Below are positions 1 to 9,536 of a DNA stretch of 44,607 nucleotides, in pieces (positions within the stretch are counted from its first letter, which is position 1; every line of letters starts with the position of its first letter). A program made the position numbers and the translations under genes. Source of the stretch: Bacteroidota bacterium. Lineage in GTDB: Bacteria; Bacteroidota; Bacteroidia; AKYH767-A; 2013-40CM-41-45. Under the pieces are notes generated by a model that saw nothing but the letters and a program-made list of their open reading frames with translations, was not told the origin of the DNA and made no database searches. The DNA lies in NCBI GenBank assembly GCA_039806065.1, contig JBDKJS010000213.1:1-44607 (forward strand). Direction: 5' to 3'.

Positions 1-1
1 T

Positions 2-1087
2 ACCTATAATGCCAATATCCATCGTGGGGTTCATTTCCTATCTCAAAAAGGATCGCAAGCTTATGATGAAGTTAGAACCAAAGTGAAACATCTAATAAAT
101 GCTAACGCTGATAACGAAATCGTTTTTACCAGAGGAACCACTGAGGGCATTAATCTTGTGGCACATTCATATGGAAAGCTATTTTTAAAACCTGGTGACC
201 AAATCTTAATAAGTGAAATGGAGCACCACAGCAATATTGTTCCTTGGCAATTACTTTGTGAAAATACTGGTGCCGTTCTCAAAGTAATACCCATCAATAC
301 TAATGGTGAAATCATCGAAAATGAATATCATAAACTATTGACTCATGCTGTAAAAATAATCTCTGTAGTACATGTTTCAAATTCACTTGGCACCATCAAT
401 CCTATTAAACCAATGATTGTCGCTGCTAGGCAAATGGCTCCAAACGCGGTAGTATTAGTAGATGCCGCACAAAGCATTGTCCATGGAAAAATTGATGTCC
501 AAGATCTAGATGCTGACTTTTTAGTTTTTAGCAGTCATAAAATGTGTGGGCCCACAGGCACGGGAGTGCTTTATGGCAAGCACCATTTATTGGAAAGGAT
601 GCAACCCTACCAGGGCGGTGGCGATATGATCAAAGAAGTAAGTTTTGCCGGCACTAGTTACAATGAAGTACCCTTTAAATTTGAAGCAGGCACTCCTAAT
701 ATTGCCGATGTAATTGCCTTTGGTGCTGCAATAGATTTTTTAAATTCTTTGAAACTGCCTTTGCTTTATGAACATGAAATAGCCTTAGCAAGATTTAGTG
801 AGACAGAACTACTGAAATTGCCTGGCGTATCAATTATTGGCAATGCCCCTAACAAGGCAGCTGTAGTCTCTTTTGTGATTGAAGGAATTAATACCTTGGA
901 TGTAGGAATGTATTTAGATACTCAAGGTATTGCCGTACGAACAGGGCAACATTGTACTGCCCCATTAATGCAGAAACTTTGTATTGACACTACTATTAGA
1001 GCTTCATTTTATTTTTACAATACTTTTGATGAAGCAACAGCTTTTGTGAATGCGGTTGCTAAAGCAATCAAAATACTTAGACCTTAA
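2..1087 (+). CDS. sufS: Cysteine desulfurase SufS (5'-truncated by window edge)
   Basis: Frame open from base 2 (TYNANIHRGVHFLSQ). Motifs FTRGTTEGIN, EHHSNIVPW, PLP lysine in FSSHKMCGPTG, and group II desulfurase catalytic motif RTGQHC. Confidence 0.95.
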   Translation, partial: TYNANIHRGVHFLSQKGSQAYDEVRTKVKHLINANADNEIVFTRGTTEGINLVAHSYGKLFLKPGDQILISEMEHHSNIVPWQLLCENTGAVLKVIPINTNGEIIENEYHKLLTHAVKIISVVHVSNSLGTINPIKPMIVAARQMAPNAVVLVDAAQSIVHGKIDVQDLDADFLVFSSHKMCGPTGTGVLYGKHHLLERMQPYQGGGDMIKEVSFAGTSYNEVPFKFEAGTPNIADVIAFGAAIDFLNSLKLPLLYEHEIALARFSETELLKLPGVSIIGNAPNKAAVVSFVIEGINTLDVGMYLDTQGIAVRTGQHCTAPLMQKLCIDTTIRASFYFYNTFDEATAFVNAVAKAIKILRP

Positions 1088-1097
1088 ATTAATTATA

Positions 1098-1406
1098 ATG
1101 ATATCATTCATAAAAAAAATATTCGGTTTAAAATCGGTAGATTATAAAATGCTCGTTGAAAATGGAGCCACACTTTTGGATGTGCGAAGCTTGGATGAAT
1201 TCAAAGCAGGTTCGTTACCCAATGCTATTAACTTGCCATTACAAGATGTAGTGCCCTCTAAATTAAAAATTGATAAACAAAAACCCATCATCATTTATTG
1301 TGCTTCAGGAATAAGAAGTGCTATGGCTGCAAGTGTATTGAAGGCTGCAGGCTTCGTTCAAGTTTACAATGGCGGAGGAATGCATCAACTAAAAGAAAAA
1401 TTGTAA
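1098..1406 (+). CDS. Single-domain rhodanese-like sulfurtransferase
   Basis: LLDVRSLDEF..G.LPNAINLPL and active-site loop YCASGIRS. Start moved to ATG 1098 to avoid overlap with sufS. Confidence 0.88.
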   Translation: MISFIKKIFGLKSVDYKMLVENGATLLDVRSLDEFKAGSLPNAINLPLQDVVPSKLKIDKQKPIIIYCASGIRSAMAASVLKAAGFVQVYNGGGMHQLKEKL

Positions 1407-1429
1407 ACCAACCATTAACGATAAAATTT

Positions 1430-2320
1430 ATGAATGATGTAGTTTTAGAAATTAATGCACTCACCAAAAAGTATCAATCAACAGTGGCCGTGAATGGACT
1501 CTCATTCAAGGTTCAGAAAGGTAGTATATTTGGTATGTTAGGCCCTAATGGGAGTGGTAAAACTACCACATTAGGGATGATACTGGGTGTGACATTACCT
1601 ACAACAGGAAACTTTAAATGGTTCGGAAAACCTTTTGAAGCGTCTTTGCTCAGAAGGGTAGGAGCCATACTTGAAACACCTAATTTTTATCCTTATTTAA
1701 GTGCGCAACAAAATATGGAAGTTGTGGCAAAAATTAAAAACGTAGATCATTCAGCTATTCAACAAGTACTAGAATTGGTGGGTTTGGCAACAAGAAAGCA
1801 TGATCCTTTCAGGGCATATAGTCTCGGAATGAAACAACGATTGGCCATAGCGGCTGCTTATGTCAATAGGCCAGAAGTCCTCTTACTTGACGAGCCTACC
1901 AACGGATTAGATCCTCAAGGTATTGCTGATGTGCGTACTTTAATCAAAGATATTGCCAGCCATGGTACTACCATCATTCTAGCAAGTCATTTGCTTGATG
2001 AAGTTGAAAAGGTTTGTACTGATGCGGTTGTTCTAAAACAAGGAACAGCATTATTTGCAGGACCAGTTAAAAATTTAATGACCCAAGAGATGTCGTATGA
2101 AATTGCAGCATTAGATATGGCATTGTTAAAAAAAGTAATCCTTACTTTAGAGGGGATTACCTTAGTGAATGATTTTAACAAAAAACTATTGGTAAAATTA
2201 TCGGACGGATTAAATGGCGCTTGGCTTAATGATGCATTGCATAAGCACCAAGTTGTACTCACTCATTTAAGTGAATACCATAAAAGCTTGGAAAAACATT
2301 TTTTAGATTTAATTAAATAA
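1430..2320 (+). CDS. ABC transporter ATP-binding protein (BcrA/ABC-2 exporter type)
   Basis: Walker A GPNGSGKT, signature YSLGMKQR, Walker B LLLDEPTNGLD, H-loop ASHLL. ATG 1430 (MNDVVLEI) chosen. Confidence 0.93.
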   Translation: MNDVVLEINALTKKYQSTVAVNGLSFKVQKGSIFGMLGPNGSGKTTTLGMILGVTLPTTGNFKWFGKPFEASLLRRVGAILETPNFYPYLSAQQNMEVVAKIKNVDHSAIQQVLELVGLATRKHDPFRAYSLGMKQRLAIAAAYVNRPEVLLLDEPTNGLDPQGIADVRTLIKDIASHGTTIILASHLLDEVEKVCTDAVVLKQGTALFAGPVKNLMTQEMSYEIAALDMALLKKVILTLEGITLVNDFNKKLLVKLSDGLNGAWLNDALHKHQVVLTHLSEYHKSLEKHFLDLIK

Positions 2321-2326
2321 TCATTT

Positions 2327-3118
2327 ATGTTGCAACTACTAAAAACCGAATGGCTGAAATTGAAAGGTTATAAAACCTTTTGGATTATTGTTGCTGCCTA
2401 TGCCGTATTAATGGCTATTACTTTGTTTTCACTGGAATCCTTCAAGTTGAATACAGGATCTACTGCCCAACCTGGTATGCAAGTAGATTTTAAATCGCTT
2501 GGACTGTTTTCATTTCCCGATGTATGGCAAAACCTTACTTATGTAGCTGGGTTTTTTAAATTCCTTCTCGCCATTTTAATTGTGGTGATTATTAGCAATG
2601 AATATGAATTTAAAACTATAAGACAAAATTTAATTGACGGATGGAGTAGAAAACAATTTTATACCGCTAAATTCTTACTCATCGTAGCATTAGCACTTGG
2701 TGCCACTTTATTAGTAATGTGTTTAACTGTTGTGCTTGGTGTGCCAAATACGTACCATATTACCCCTTTAGTTTTTTTTACAAGAAGTCAATTTTTAATT
2801 TGGTTTTTTATTGAATTATTTGGGTTTCTAAGTTTTGTGATGCTGGTTACATTACTTATTAGACGCGCTGCTTTTGCAATAGGGATTTACCTCATGTATG
2901 CAGTTATTATTGAACCATTACTGGCCCTTCGGTTTGATAACTTGGCGCCATTTCTTCCACTTGAAAGTTTTAGTAATTTAATACCGTTGCCCTTTGTAAA
3001 AATTATTGGACAGTCTGTTCAAACTTCAATACCATTCTCCAGTATTGTTATTGCACTTGGTTTTATTGTAGTTTTTCAATTTTTGAGCTACAAGCTTATC
3101 CAAACACGCGATTTTTAG
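2327..3118 (+). CDS. ABC-2 family transporter permease
   Basis: About six hydrophobic segments, N-terminal LLKTEWLKLK and SNEYEFKTIRQNLIDGWSR motif, 6 nt after the ATPase gene. Confidence 0.88.
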   Translation: MLQLLKTEWLKLKGYKTFWIIVAAYAVLMAITLFSLESFKLNTGSTAQPGMQVDFKSLGLFSFPDVWQNLTYVAGFFKFLLAILIVVIISNEYEFKTIRQNLIDGWSRKQFYTAKFLLIVALALGATLLVMCLTVVLGVPNTYHITPLVFFTRSQFLIWFFIELFGFLSFVMLVTLLIRRAAFAIGIYLMYAVIIEPLLALRFDNLAPFLPLESFSNLIPLPFVKIIGQSVQTSIPFSSIVIALGFIVVFQFLSYKLIQTRDF

Positions 3119-3187
3119 CTAAATTCCCTTTTGAACAAAGCATAATTTCAAATACATTGCCCTCCTAACCAATAATCAAATATTAAA

Positions 3188-3697
3188 ATGGAACTATTAA
3201 ACCTAAAATTTTACATGGTTTTTATTACTGCCCTTGTACCACTTGTAGTTGGTATGATTTGGTATAATAAAAACGTTTTTGGTAATGCTTGGATGAAAGC
3301 AACTGGCATTACTGAAGAAAGTGCAAAGGAAGTGAACATGGCAAAAATGTTTTTATTGACCTACTTATTTGGCGTACTTGCATCAATAGCCTTAATGCCT
3401 ATGGTTATTCACCAGATGGGTTTTCTATCAATGTTGCAAAATGATATGATGGATCCTGCCACCAAGCAAGCTACCACCACTATGGCTACTGAAATATATT
3501 CCCAATATGCTTCTGCTTTCAGGTCTTTTAAGCATGGGGTTTTTCATGGTGTTTTAACCGGCCTTTTCTTTGCCCTTCCTGTAATTGGATTAAATGCCAT
3601 CTATGAAATGAAAAAAATAAAATACATCCTCATCAATACTGGCTATTGGGTGGTTTGCCTTGCTTTGATGGGCGGTATCATCTGTGCTTGGGCTTAA
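3188..3697 (+). CDS. DUF1761-family membrane protein
   Basis: GMIWYN..VFGNAWMKA motif, FRSFKHG..HG and KYILINTGYW, four hydrophobic helices. Confidence 0.8.
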   Translation: MELLNLKFYMVFITALVPLVVGMIWYNKNVFGNAWMKATGITEESAKEVNMAKMFLLTYLFGVLASIALMPMVIHQMGFLSMLQNDMMDPATKQATTTMATEIYSQYASAFRSFKHGVFHGVLTGLFFALPVIGLNAIYEMKKIKYILINTGYWVVCLALMGGIICAWA

Positions 3698-3712
3698 CCC
3701 CTACTTTTTTAT

Positions 3713-3748
3713 AAGTGCTATAACTTTTATAGCACTTTTTTGTTTTTC
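3713..3748 (+). terminator. Probable intrinsic terminator after the DUF1761 gene
   Basis: Perfect inverted repeat AAGTGCTATAA-CTT-TTATAGCACTT (3713-3737) followed by a T-rich tract. Confidence 0.65.
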
Positions 3749-3779
3749 TAAGGCTGATCTAACTTTAAAATATCATTTC

Positions 3780-5120
3780 ATGAAAAAACTTTTATTTTTT
3801 GTAATCTTACTTTCAAATGCCTTAGTAGCCATTGGGCAAACACCCATGTATGGAACAGTAAGAAAAAACTATTTTACTACCATCGTTGATCCCTTTGATT
3901 CCACTAATACCTTCCAACAATTTGATTCTGCCACATTTAGATTAGGTTTGTTAAGTACCCAATCAGGTTTTGTTGCCAATGTAGGGAATACAGCCTATAC
4001 AGATTATATAAACCTTACAGGAGCTGCACTCAACCCATATGATCTAACATTCAATTTTATAGGTGCTACTTCTCTCAATGTGATGGACCTAATTTCAGGA
4101 GATAGACTTAGAAGCCTGCCGTTAACCAATCCACTTGGTCAAAGTTACTATGATAATTTTCGGTTCAATAACGCTGATAGTTCATTGTATGGTCTGGCTC
4201 GAAGAAATATTTTTGATCCAGTTACCCAATCATACACTGGCCAAATGTATCTTGCTAAATTGAATACTTTAAATGGAGTGATTACACAGATTTCACCATC
4301 TTCAATTGGACAAGGTTTTGCTCTAGCAGGAAGTGCTATTGACCCATATCAAATGGTTTTTTATTATTCTACAGGCGCATCGCTCATGGGCATAGACATG
4401 TACACTGGTTTGATTTATTCAAACGCCCAGTTTCAAATTACTGACGGTTTTTCTTTTGATAATTTTACCTACAGTTGTGCCGACACGGCCATTTATGGTC
4501 TTGTGCGAAATAACTACTTTAGCTACATCGTTGATTCGCTAAATCCAAATGATAGTATTCAAGTATTGGACTCATCAGCTATAAGGCTTGGAAAAATAAA
4601 TCCAGCTACAGGAGTTGTTACCAATATTTCACCCTATTCCATCATGCCTGGTGGTTATAGCCTCAATGTGGGATCAGCTATAGATCCAAGTACCATGACT
4701 TATTATTTTAGTAATGGTTTTGCATTAGTGGGCGTTTCATTGTACACCGGATTGGTTACTAGCACTCATCCCTTCTCTTTTGCAGATGGAGATTATTTTG
4801 ATCTGATGCGCAATACCGAAAACTGTATTGCCGCCACCGCACTTCGAAATAACCCGCTTATAGCAGGAATTAACAGCATTGGCAATGATATTTTCTTGAA
4901 GTGTTATCCCAACCCCGCCAATACACAAATTACCCTTGTTGCCAAACAAAATTTAACGGCCATTACAATTTATAACAATATGGGTGTGTTGGTGCTGCAA
5001 CAAGACGGTCGCCAACAATTGACCAGTATTGATGTAAGTACATTGGTTCCTGGAATTTATACCGTGCTTGCCAATGATGGCGGCAGGGTAGGAAAATCAA
5101 CTTTTGTTATAAGCCGATAA
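3780..5120 (+). CDS. Secreted T9SS type A CTD protein with internal repeats (probable beta-propeller)
   Basis: Signal peptide MKKLLFFVILLSNALVAIGQ, C-terminal YPNPA...IYNNMG...GIYTV CTD pattern, three internal repeats starting YG(T/L)(V/A)R. Confidence 0.85.
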   Translation: MKKLLFFVILLSNALVAIGQTPMYGTVRKNYFTTIVDPFDSTNTFQQFDSATFRLGLLSTQSGFVANVGNTAYTDYINLTGAALNPYDLTFNFIGATSLNVMDLISGDRLRSLPLTNPLGQSYYDNFRFNNADSSLYGLARRNIFDPVTQSYTGQMYLAKLNTLNGVITQISPSSIGQGFALAGSAIDPYQMVFYYSTGASLMGIDMYTGLIYSNAQFQITDGFSFDNFTYSCADTAIYGLVRNNYFSYIVDSLNPNDSIQVLDSSAIRLGKINPATGVVTNISPYSIMPGGYSLNVGSAIDPSTMTYYFSNGFALVGVSLYTGLVTSTHPFSFADGDYFDLMRNTENCIAATALRNNPLIAGINSIGNDIFLKCYPNPANTQITLVAKQNLTAITIYNNMGVLVLQQDGRQQLTSIDVSTLVPGIYTVLANDGGRVGKSTFVISR

Positions 5121-5183
5121 AATGCCACACTTGTTGAATGCCTAAGTGGTAAAGTCATCGCTAGTAGAATCCCTACTTTTCAC

Positions 5184-5191
5184 TACTTTTG
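5184..5191 (+). promoter_or_regulatory. Bacteroidota -7 promoter element for glnS
   Basis: TACTTTTG matches TAnnTTTG, 14 nt before ATG 5206. Confidence 0.6.
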
Positions 5192-5205
5192 CAATAACTG
5201 CAAAA

Positions 5206-6888
5206 ATGAAAAAAGAGAAGAAAGAACTGCCCAAGGAGCATTCAAAAAATTTTTTAGAATTATTAATTGAGGAAGATATCCAAGCTGCTAAACACGATGG
5301 CCGCATACTTACGCGCTTCCCTCCCGAACCTAATGGCTATCTACATATAGGTCATAGTAAAAGTATTTGTATCAATTTTGGTTTGGCACAAAAATATGGT
5401 GGCAAAACAAATTTACGATTTGATGATACAAACCCTGTTAAGGAAGATACTGCATATGTAGAGAGCATTAAAGAAGATGTGCAATGGTTGGGATTTAATT
5501 GGGATAAAGAGTTATATGCCTCAGACTATTTTGAACAATTGTATATTTATGCAGTTGACTTAATAAAAAAAGGGCTTGCCTATGTTGATCATCAATCGGC
5601 AGAAATGATAGCTGCACAAAAAGGTACTCCTACCCAGCCTGGTATCAATAGCCCCTACCGCGAAAGAACCATTGAGGAGAATTTACTATTGTTTGCACAG
5701 ATGAGAGACGGAAAATTTAAAGAAGGCGAATGTGTACTAAGAGCTAAAATTGATATGGCTTCGCCTAATATGCACTTCAGAGATCCGTTGATGTATAGAA
5801 TAAAATTTGCGCATCATCATCGTACAGGCGACCAATGGTGCATTTATCCAATGTACGATTTTGCTCATGGACAAAGCGATAGTATTGAGAATATTACCCA
5901 TTCTTTTTGTACACTTGAGTTTGAGGTGCATAGGCCACTTTACAATTGGTACATAGAAAAATTAAATATTTTCCCTTCAACTCAAACAGAATTTGCTCGG
6001 CTTAATATTAACTACACCGTAATGAGCAAACGAAAACTATTAAGGTTGGTGCAAGAAAAATTAGTGAGTGGATGGGATGATCCTAGAATGCCTACTATAG
6101 CAGCGCTAAGAAGGAGAGGTTTTACCCCTGAAAGCATCCGTGAATTTTGTGATAGAGTAGGAGTGGCTAGGCGTGAAAATATTATTGATTTTGGATTACT
6201 CGAATTTTGTATAAGAGAACACCTCAATAAAATAGCACAACGATTGATGGTAGTGCTAGATCCACTAAAGATTATCATTACCAATTTTGCTGAACCGAAT
6301 GCCATAGCTATGCCGGCCGAAAATAATCCTGAAGATAAAAGTACTGGTAGCAGAACTATTAATTTTGGGAGAGAAATATTCATTGAACGAGAAGATTTTT
6401 TAGAAACCCCTATTGAAGGCTACAATAGGTTGGTACTTGGTGGTATCAGCAGAATGAAACATGGATTTATTATTAAAGCTGATGAAGTGATTAAAGATGA
6501 CCAAGGTAAAATAGTAGCCTTGCATTGTACCTATTACCCAGAAAGCAAAAGTGGTAGCGATAAAAGCGGCTTAAAACCAAAGGCAGTGCTACATTGGGTG
6601 AATGCTCAAGAGGCTGTTCCTGTGCAAGTAAATTTATACGATAGATTATTCAATGCTGAAAGTCCTGATGCGGGCGATGAAGATTTTTTAAAACACCTCA
6701 ATCCTGATAGCCTCAAAGTAATGGATCATGCCTTAGCCGAACCAGCCATAATGAATTTTACCAAGGATCAAAAATTTCAATTTCTGAGATTAGGATATTT
6801 CTGCTTTGATAAGGACAGCCAACCTCATAAACCTATATTGAACAGAACAGTTACCCTTAAAGATACTTGGACCAAGGAGACAAATTAA
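5206..6888 (+). CDS. glnS: Glutamine--tRNA ligase
   Basis: TRFPPEPNGYLHIGH (HIGH), RFDDTNP, CTLEF, VMSKRKL, GWDDPRMPT, FQFLRLGYF. Confidence 0.96.
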   Translation: MKKEKKELPKEHSKNFLELLIEEDIQAAKHDGRILTRFPPEPNGYLHIGHSKSICINFGLAQKYGGKTNLRFDDTNPVKEDTAYVESIKEDVQWLGFNWDKELYASDYFEQLYIYAVDLIKKGLAYVDHQSAEMIAAQKGTPTQPGINSPYRERTIEENLLLFAQMRDGKFKEGECVLRAKIDMASPNMHFRDPLMYRIKFAHHHRTGDQWCIYPMYDFAHGQSDSIENITHSFCTLEFEVHRPLYNWYIEKLNIFPSTQTEFARLNINYTVMSKRKLLRLVQEKLVSGWDDPRMPTIAALRRRGFTPESIREFCDRVGVARRENIIDFGLLEFCIREHLNKIAQRLMVVLDPLKIIITNFAEPNAIAMPAENNPEDKSTGSRTINFGREIFIEREDFLETPIEGYNRLVLGGISRMKHGFIIKADEVIKDDQGKIVALHCTYYPESKSGSDKSGLKPKAVLHWVNAQEAVPVQVNLYDRLFNAESPDAGDEDFLKHLNPDSLKVMDHALAEPAIMNFTKDQKFQFLRLGYFCFDKDSQPHKPILNRTVTLKDTWTKETN

Positions 6889-6889
6889 C

Positions 6890-7309
6890 ATGACTGATAT
6901 TGAAAAAAATATAGTTGAAGACTTTAACCTTTTTGATGAATGGGAAGAAAAATACCAATATATAATTGAGCTTGGACAAAAACTACCACCTTTAAACCCC
7001 GAACACAGAACAGAAGAAAATAAAATTAAAGGTTGCCAAAGCAATGTTTGGTTGCATAGCTACACCAATAATAATCTAATATATTTTGTAGCTGATAGCG
7101 ACAGCACCTTTGTAAAGGGTGAAATAGCCTTACTCATTCAAGTGCTTAATGGTTTAACGGCCGATCAAATTTTAGCCCACCAGCTTGAGTTTATAGATGT
7201 AATAGGTTTAAAACAACACCTTGCTATGACCCGCGCCAATGGACTTGCCAGTATGATAAAACAAATGAAGGCGTATGCTATGGCCAATAAAATCACCACT
7301 CAATCGTAA
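6890..7309 (+). CDS. sufE: Fe-S assembly sulfur acceptor SufE
   Basis: WEEKYQYIIELG, IKGCQSNVW (acceptor Cys), ADSD, RANGL. Confidence 0.93.
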   Translation: MTDIEKNIVEDFNLFDEWEEKYQYIIELGQKLPPLNPEHRTEENKIKGCQSNVWLHSYTNNNLIYFVADSDSTFVKGEIALLIQVLNGLTADQILAHQLEFIDVIGLKQHLAMTRANGLASMIKQMKAYAMANKITTQS

Positions 7310-7319
7310 ATACTTATAA

Positions 7320-7637
7320 ATGACTGAAGAACTATCGGGCTTGGCCCTTCGAGTAAAAGATGTTTTGAAAACATGCTATGACCCGGAAATTCCTGTGGAC
7401 ATTTACGAGCTTGGGTTGATCTATGAGATAAATATCAATGAAGGCAATGATGTTCACATCAAAATGACGCTTACTTCACCAGCTTGCCCCGTAGCAGAAA
7501 CCCTCCCAGTGGAAGTGGAAGAAAAAGTAAAGGCCATGCCCGAGGTAAATAGCGCCAAAGTAGAAATTACTTTTGATCCACCTTGGGAAAAAAGCATGAT
7601 GAGCGAAGAGGCCAAATTAGAATTGGGAATGTGGTAA
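7320..7637 (+). CDS. SUF-system Fe-S assembly protein (DUF59/SufT-like)
   Basis: YDPEIPVDIYELGLIY, MTLTSPACP, FDPPW..MSEEAKLELG. Confidence 0.9.
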   Translation: MTEELSGLALRVKDVLKTCYDPEIPVDIYELGLIYEININEGNDVHIKMTLTSPACPVAETLPVEVEEKVKAMPEVNSAKVEITFDPPWEKSMMSEEAKLELGMW

Positions 7638-7658
7638 CTTTGATTAATTGTTTACAAA

Positions 7659-8168
7659 ATGAATGATGAAATTCAAAATAAGGTCGCACAAAGTGGAATC
7701 ATAAGTTTTGACCTAGAAGCGCAATATCCCAGCCAGTCAAGAGTTATTGTTGACCTAGAGCCATGGCTTTTTGAAGGTATCATTCTGCGCGAAAAAGAAT
7801 TTAGACAATTTGTTAAGGATCATGATTGGAGTATTTATTCCAATAAATTTATTGCTATTAATTGCAGTGCCGATGCCATCATTCCTACTTGGGCTTACAT
7901 GATCGTGGCTAGCGCATTGGCCAATTATACCTTGTTAACAGTAGTGGGAGATGCACAAGCATTAGAACAAGCCATAGCACTTCAATTCATCAATGGATTA
8001 AATTTTGAACCCTATAAAGATCAAAGGGTAGTGATTAAAGGTTGTAGTAAAATTCAGATTCCTCTAACAGCATTCGCCATCATTACTCAACAGATGCAGG
8101 CCGTTGCAAAATCTGTAATGTTTGGTGAACCTTGCAGTACAGTGCCCATATATAAGCGCAAGGGTTAA
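7659..8168 (+). CDS. DUF2480 family protein
   Basis: EIQNKVAQSG, LREKEFR, CSADAIIPTWAYM, IKGCS, SVMFGEPCSTVP. Usual position after sufE and DUF59 in Bacteroidota. Confidence 0.85.
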   Translation: MNDEIQNKVAQSGIISFDLEAQYPSQSRVIVDLEPWLFEGIILREKEFRQFVKDHDWSIYSNKFIAINCSADAIIPTWAYMIVASALANYTLLTVVGDAQALEQAIALQFINGLNFEPYKDQRVVIKGCSKIQIPLTAFAIITQQMQAVAKSVMFGEPCSTVPIYKRKG

Positions 8169-8252
8169 AATTTTTTGTTTTTAAAAAAATCCGTAGGGTA
8201 AAAATATGGTAGATCAGCTATTAGTAATGATTATAATGTTAATCTTTGCTTT

Positions 8253-9503
8253 ATGTTTTACCTAGAACAACATTGGAAAAATAAAACTGCCTTGCTTCAA
8301 GAGGCCGTTACAAAATTGGGTTCGCCACTTTATTGCTATGATAAAGAAATTATTACTAGTAAATACCATGAACTTAAGAATGCATTCTCATGGCCTAATA
8401 TAAGAATTCACTACGCCTGTAAGGCAAATAATAATTTGCATATACTTAAACATATCCATCAATTGGGTGGATGTATTGATGCTGTATCAATTTTCGAAGT
8501 GCAAATTGCTTTGAGAGCAGGATTTGACCCAGAGCAAGTTCTTTTCACTCCCAATGGGGTTTCATTTGAAGAATTAAAACAAGGCATTGAACTTGGTGTA
8601 AAAGTAAACGTTGATAATCTATCATTACTCGAGCAGTGCGGTGCAGCATATGCAAGCAAGATACCCATCTGCATAAGACTTAATCCTCATATTGCGGCCG
8701 GAGGAAATTACCATATCCAAACAGGACATATCGATTCTAAATTTGGAATCAGTATTCACCAGCTAAGACATGTAATACGAATTGTAAACCACTATAAATT
8801 AAATGTGGAAGGATTGCACATTCATACTGGAAGCGAAATTTTGGATGCCGAAGTTTTCCTGAGAGTTGCAGAACTCTTGTTTGAATGCGCTCGCGATTTT
8901 CCCGATTTATCTTATATTGACTTTGGAAGTGGATTTAAGATCCCCTATCACGAGCATGATACCACCACAAATATAGCCGAGTTAGGATTGCAGTTAAGCA
9001 ATTGCTTTGAAAAATTTTGCAGCTCTTACGGCCGAAAACTTACCCTATGTTTTGAGCCTGGTAAATTTCTGTTGAGTGAATCAGGAATACTTTTGGTAAA
9101 TGCCGAAGTGGTCAAACAAACCTTGAGTACCGTTTTTGTGGGGGTTAATTCAGGGCAAAACCACCTCATCAGACCAATGTTTTATGATGCATACCATCAT
9201 ATTGTAAATCTCACTAATCTCTCAGGACGTACGCGCATCTACACCGTTACGGGCAATATTTGCGAAACCGATACTTTTGGATGGGATAGAAAATTAAATG
9301 AAGTTCATGAAGGTGACCTTTTAGGTATTCTTAATGCAGGGGCTTATGGTTTTAGCATGTCAAATAATTACAATAGTAGACCTAGACCTGCCGAGGTGCT
9401 TCTTGATGGAAATGACTCCTTTCGTTTAATAAGAAGACGTGAATCTTTAGATGATCTGTTAAACACTATAGCACAGCCTTGTAAATCTTTGATCAGTACT
9501 TGA
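8253..9503 (+). CDS. lysA: Diaminopimelate decarboxylase
   Basis: YACKAN (PLP lysine), DSKFGI, HIHTGS, FEPGKFL, GNICETD, GAYGFSMSNNYNSRPRPAEV. Confidence 0.95.
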   Translation: MFYLEQHWKNKTALLQEAVTKLGSPLYCYDKEIITSKYHELKNAFSWPNIRIHYACKANNNLHILKHIHQLGGCIDAVSIFEVQIALRAGFDPEQVLFTPNGVSFEELKQGIELGVKVNVDNLSLLEQCGAAYASKIPICIRLNPHIAAGGNYHIQTGHIDSKFGISIHQLRHVIRIVNHYKLNVEGLHIHTGSEILDAEVFLRVAELLFECARDFPDLSYIDFGSGFKIPYHEHDTTTNIAELGLQLSNCFEKFCSSYGRKLTLCFEPGKFLLSESGILLVNAEVVKQTLSTVFVGVNSGQNHLIRPMFYDAYHHIVNLTNLSGRTRIYTVTGNICETDTFGWDRKLNEVHEGDLLGILNAGAYGFSMSNNYNSRPRPAEVLLDGNDSFRLIRRRESLDDLLNTIAQPCKSLIST

Positions 9504-9522
9504 ACTAAGACTTACTATTGAG

Positions 9523-9530
9523 TACATTTG
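9523..9530 (+). promoter_or_regulatory. -7 promoter element for lutB
   Basis: TACATTTG (TAnnTTTG) ending 6 nt before ATG 9537. Confidence 0.6.
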
Positions 9531-9536
9531 CATATC

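Noticed and set aside
1050-5205. Long N-terminal extensions in the ORF track (1050, 1298, 3684, 5146)
   Set aside because: They overlap upstream genes, terminators or promoters. Downstream ATGs give family-typical N-termini.
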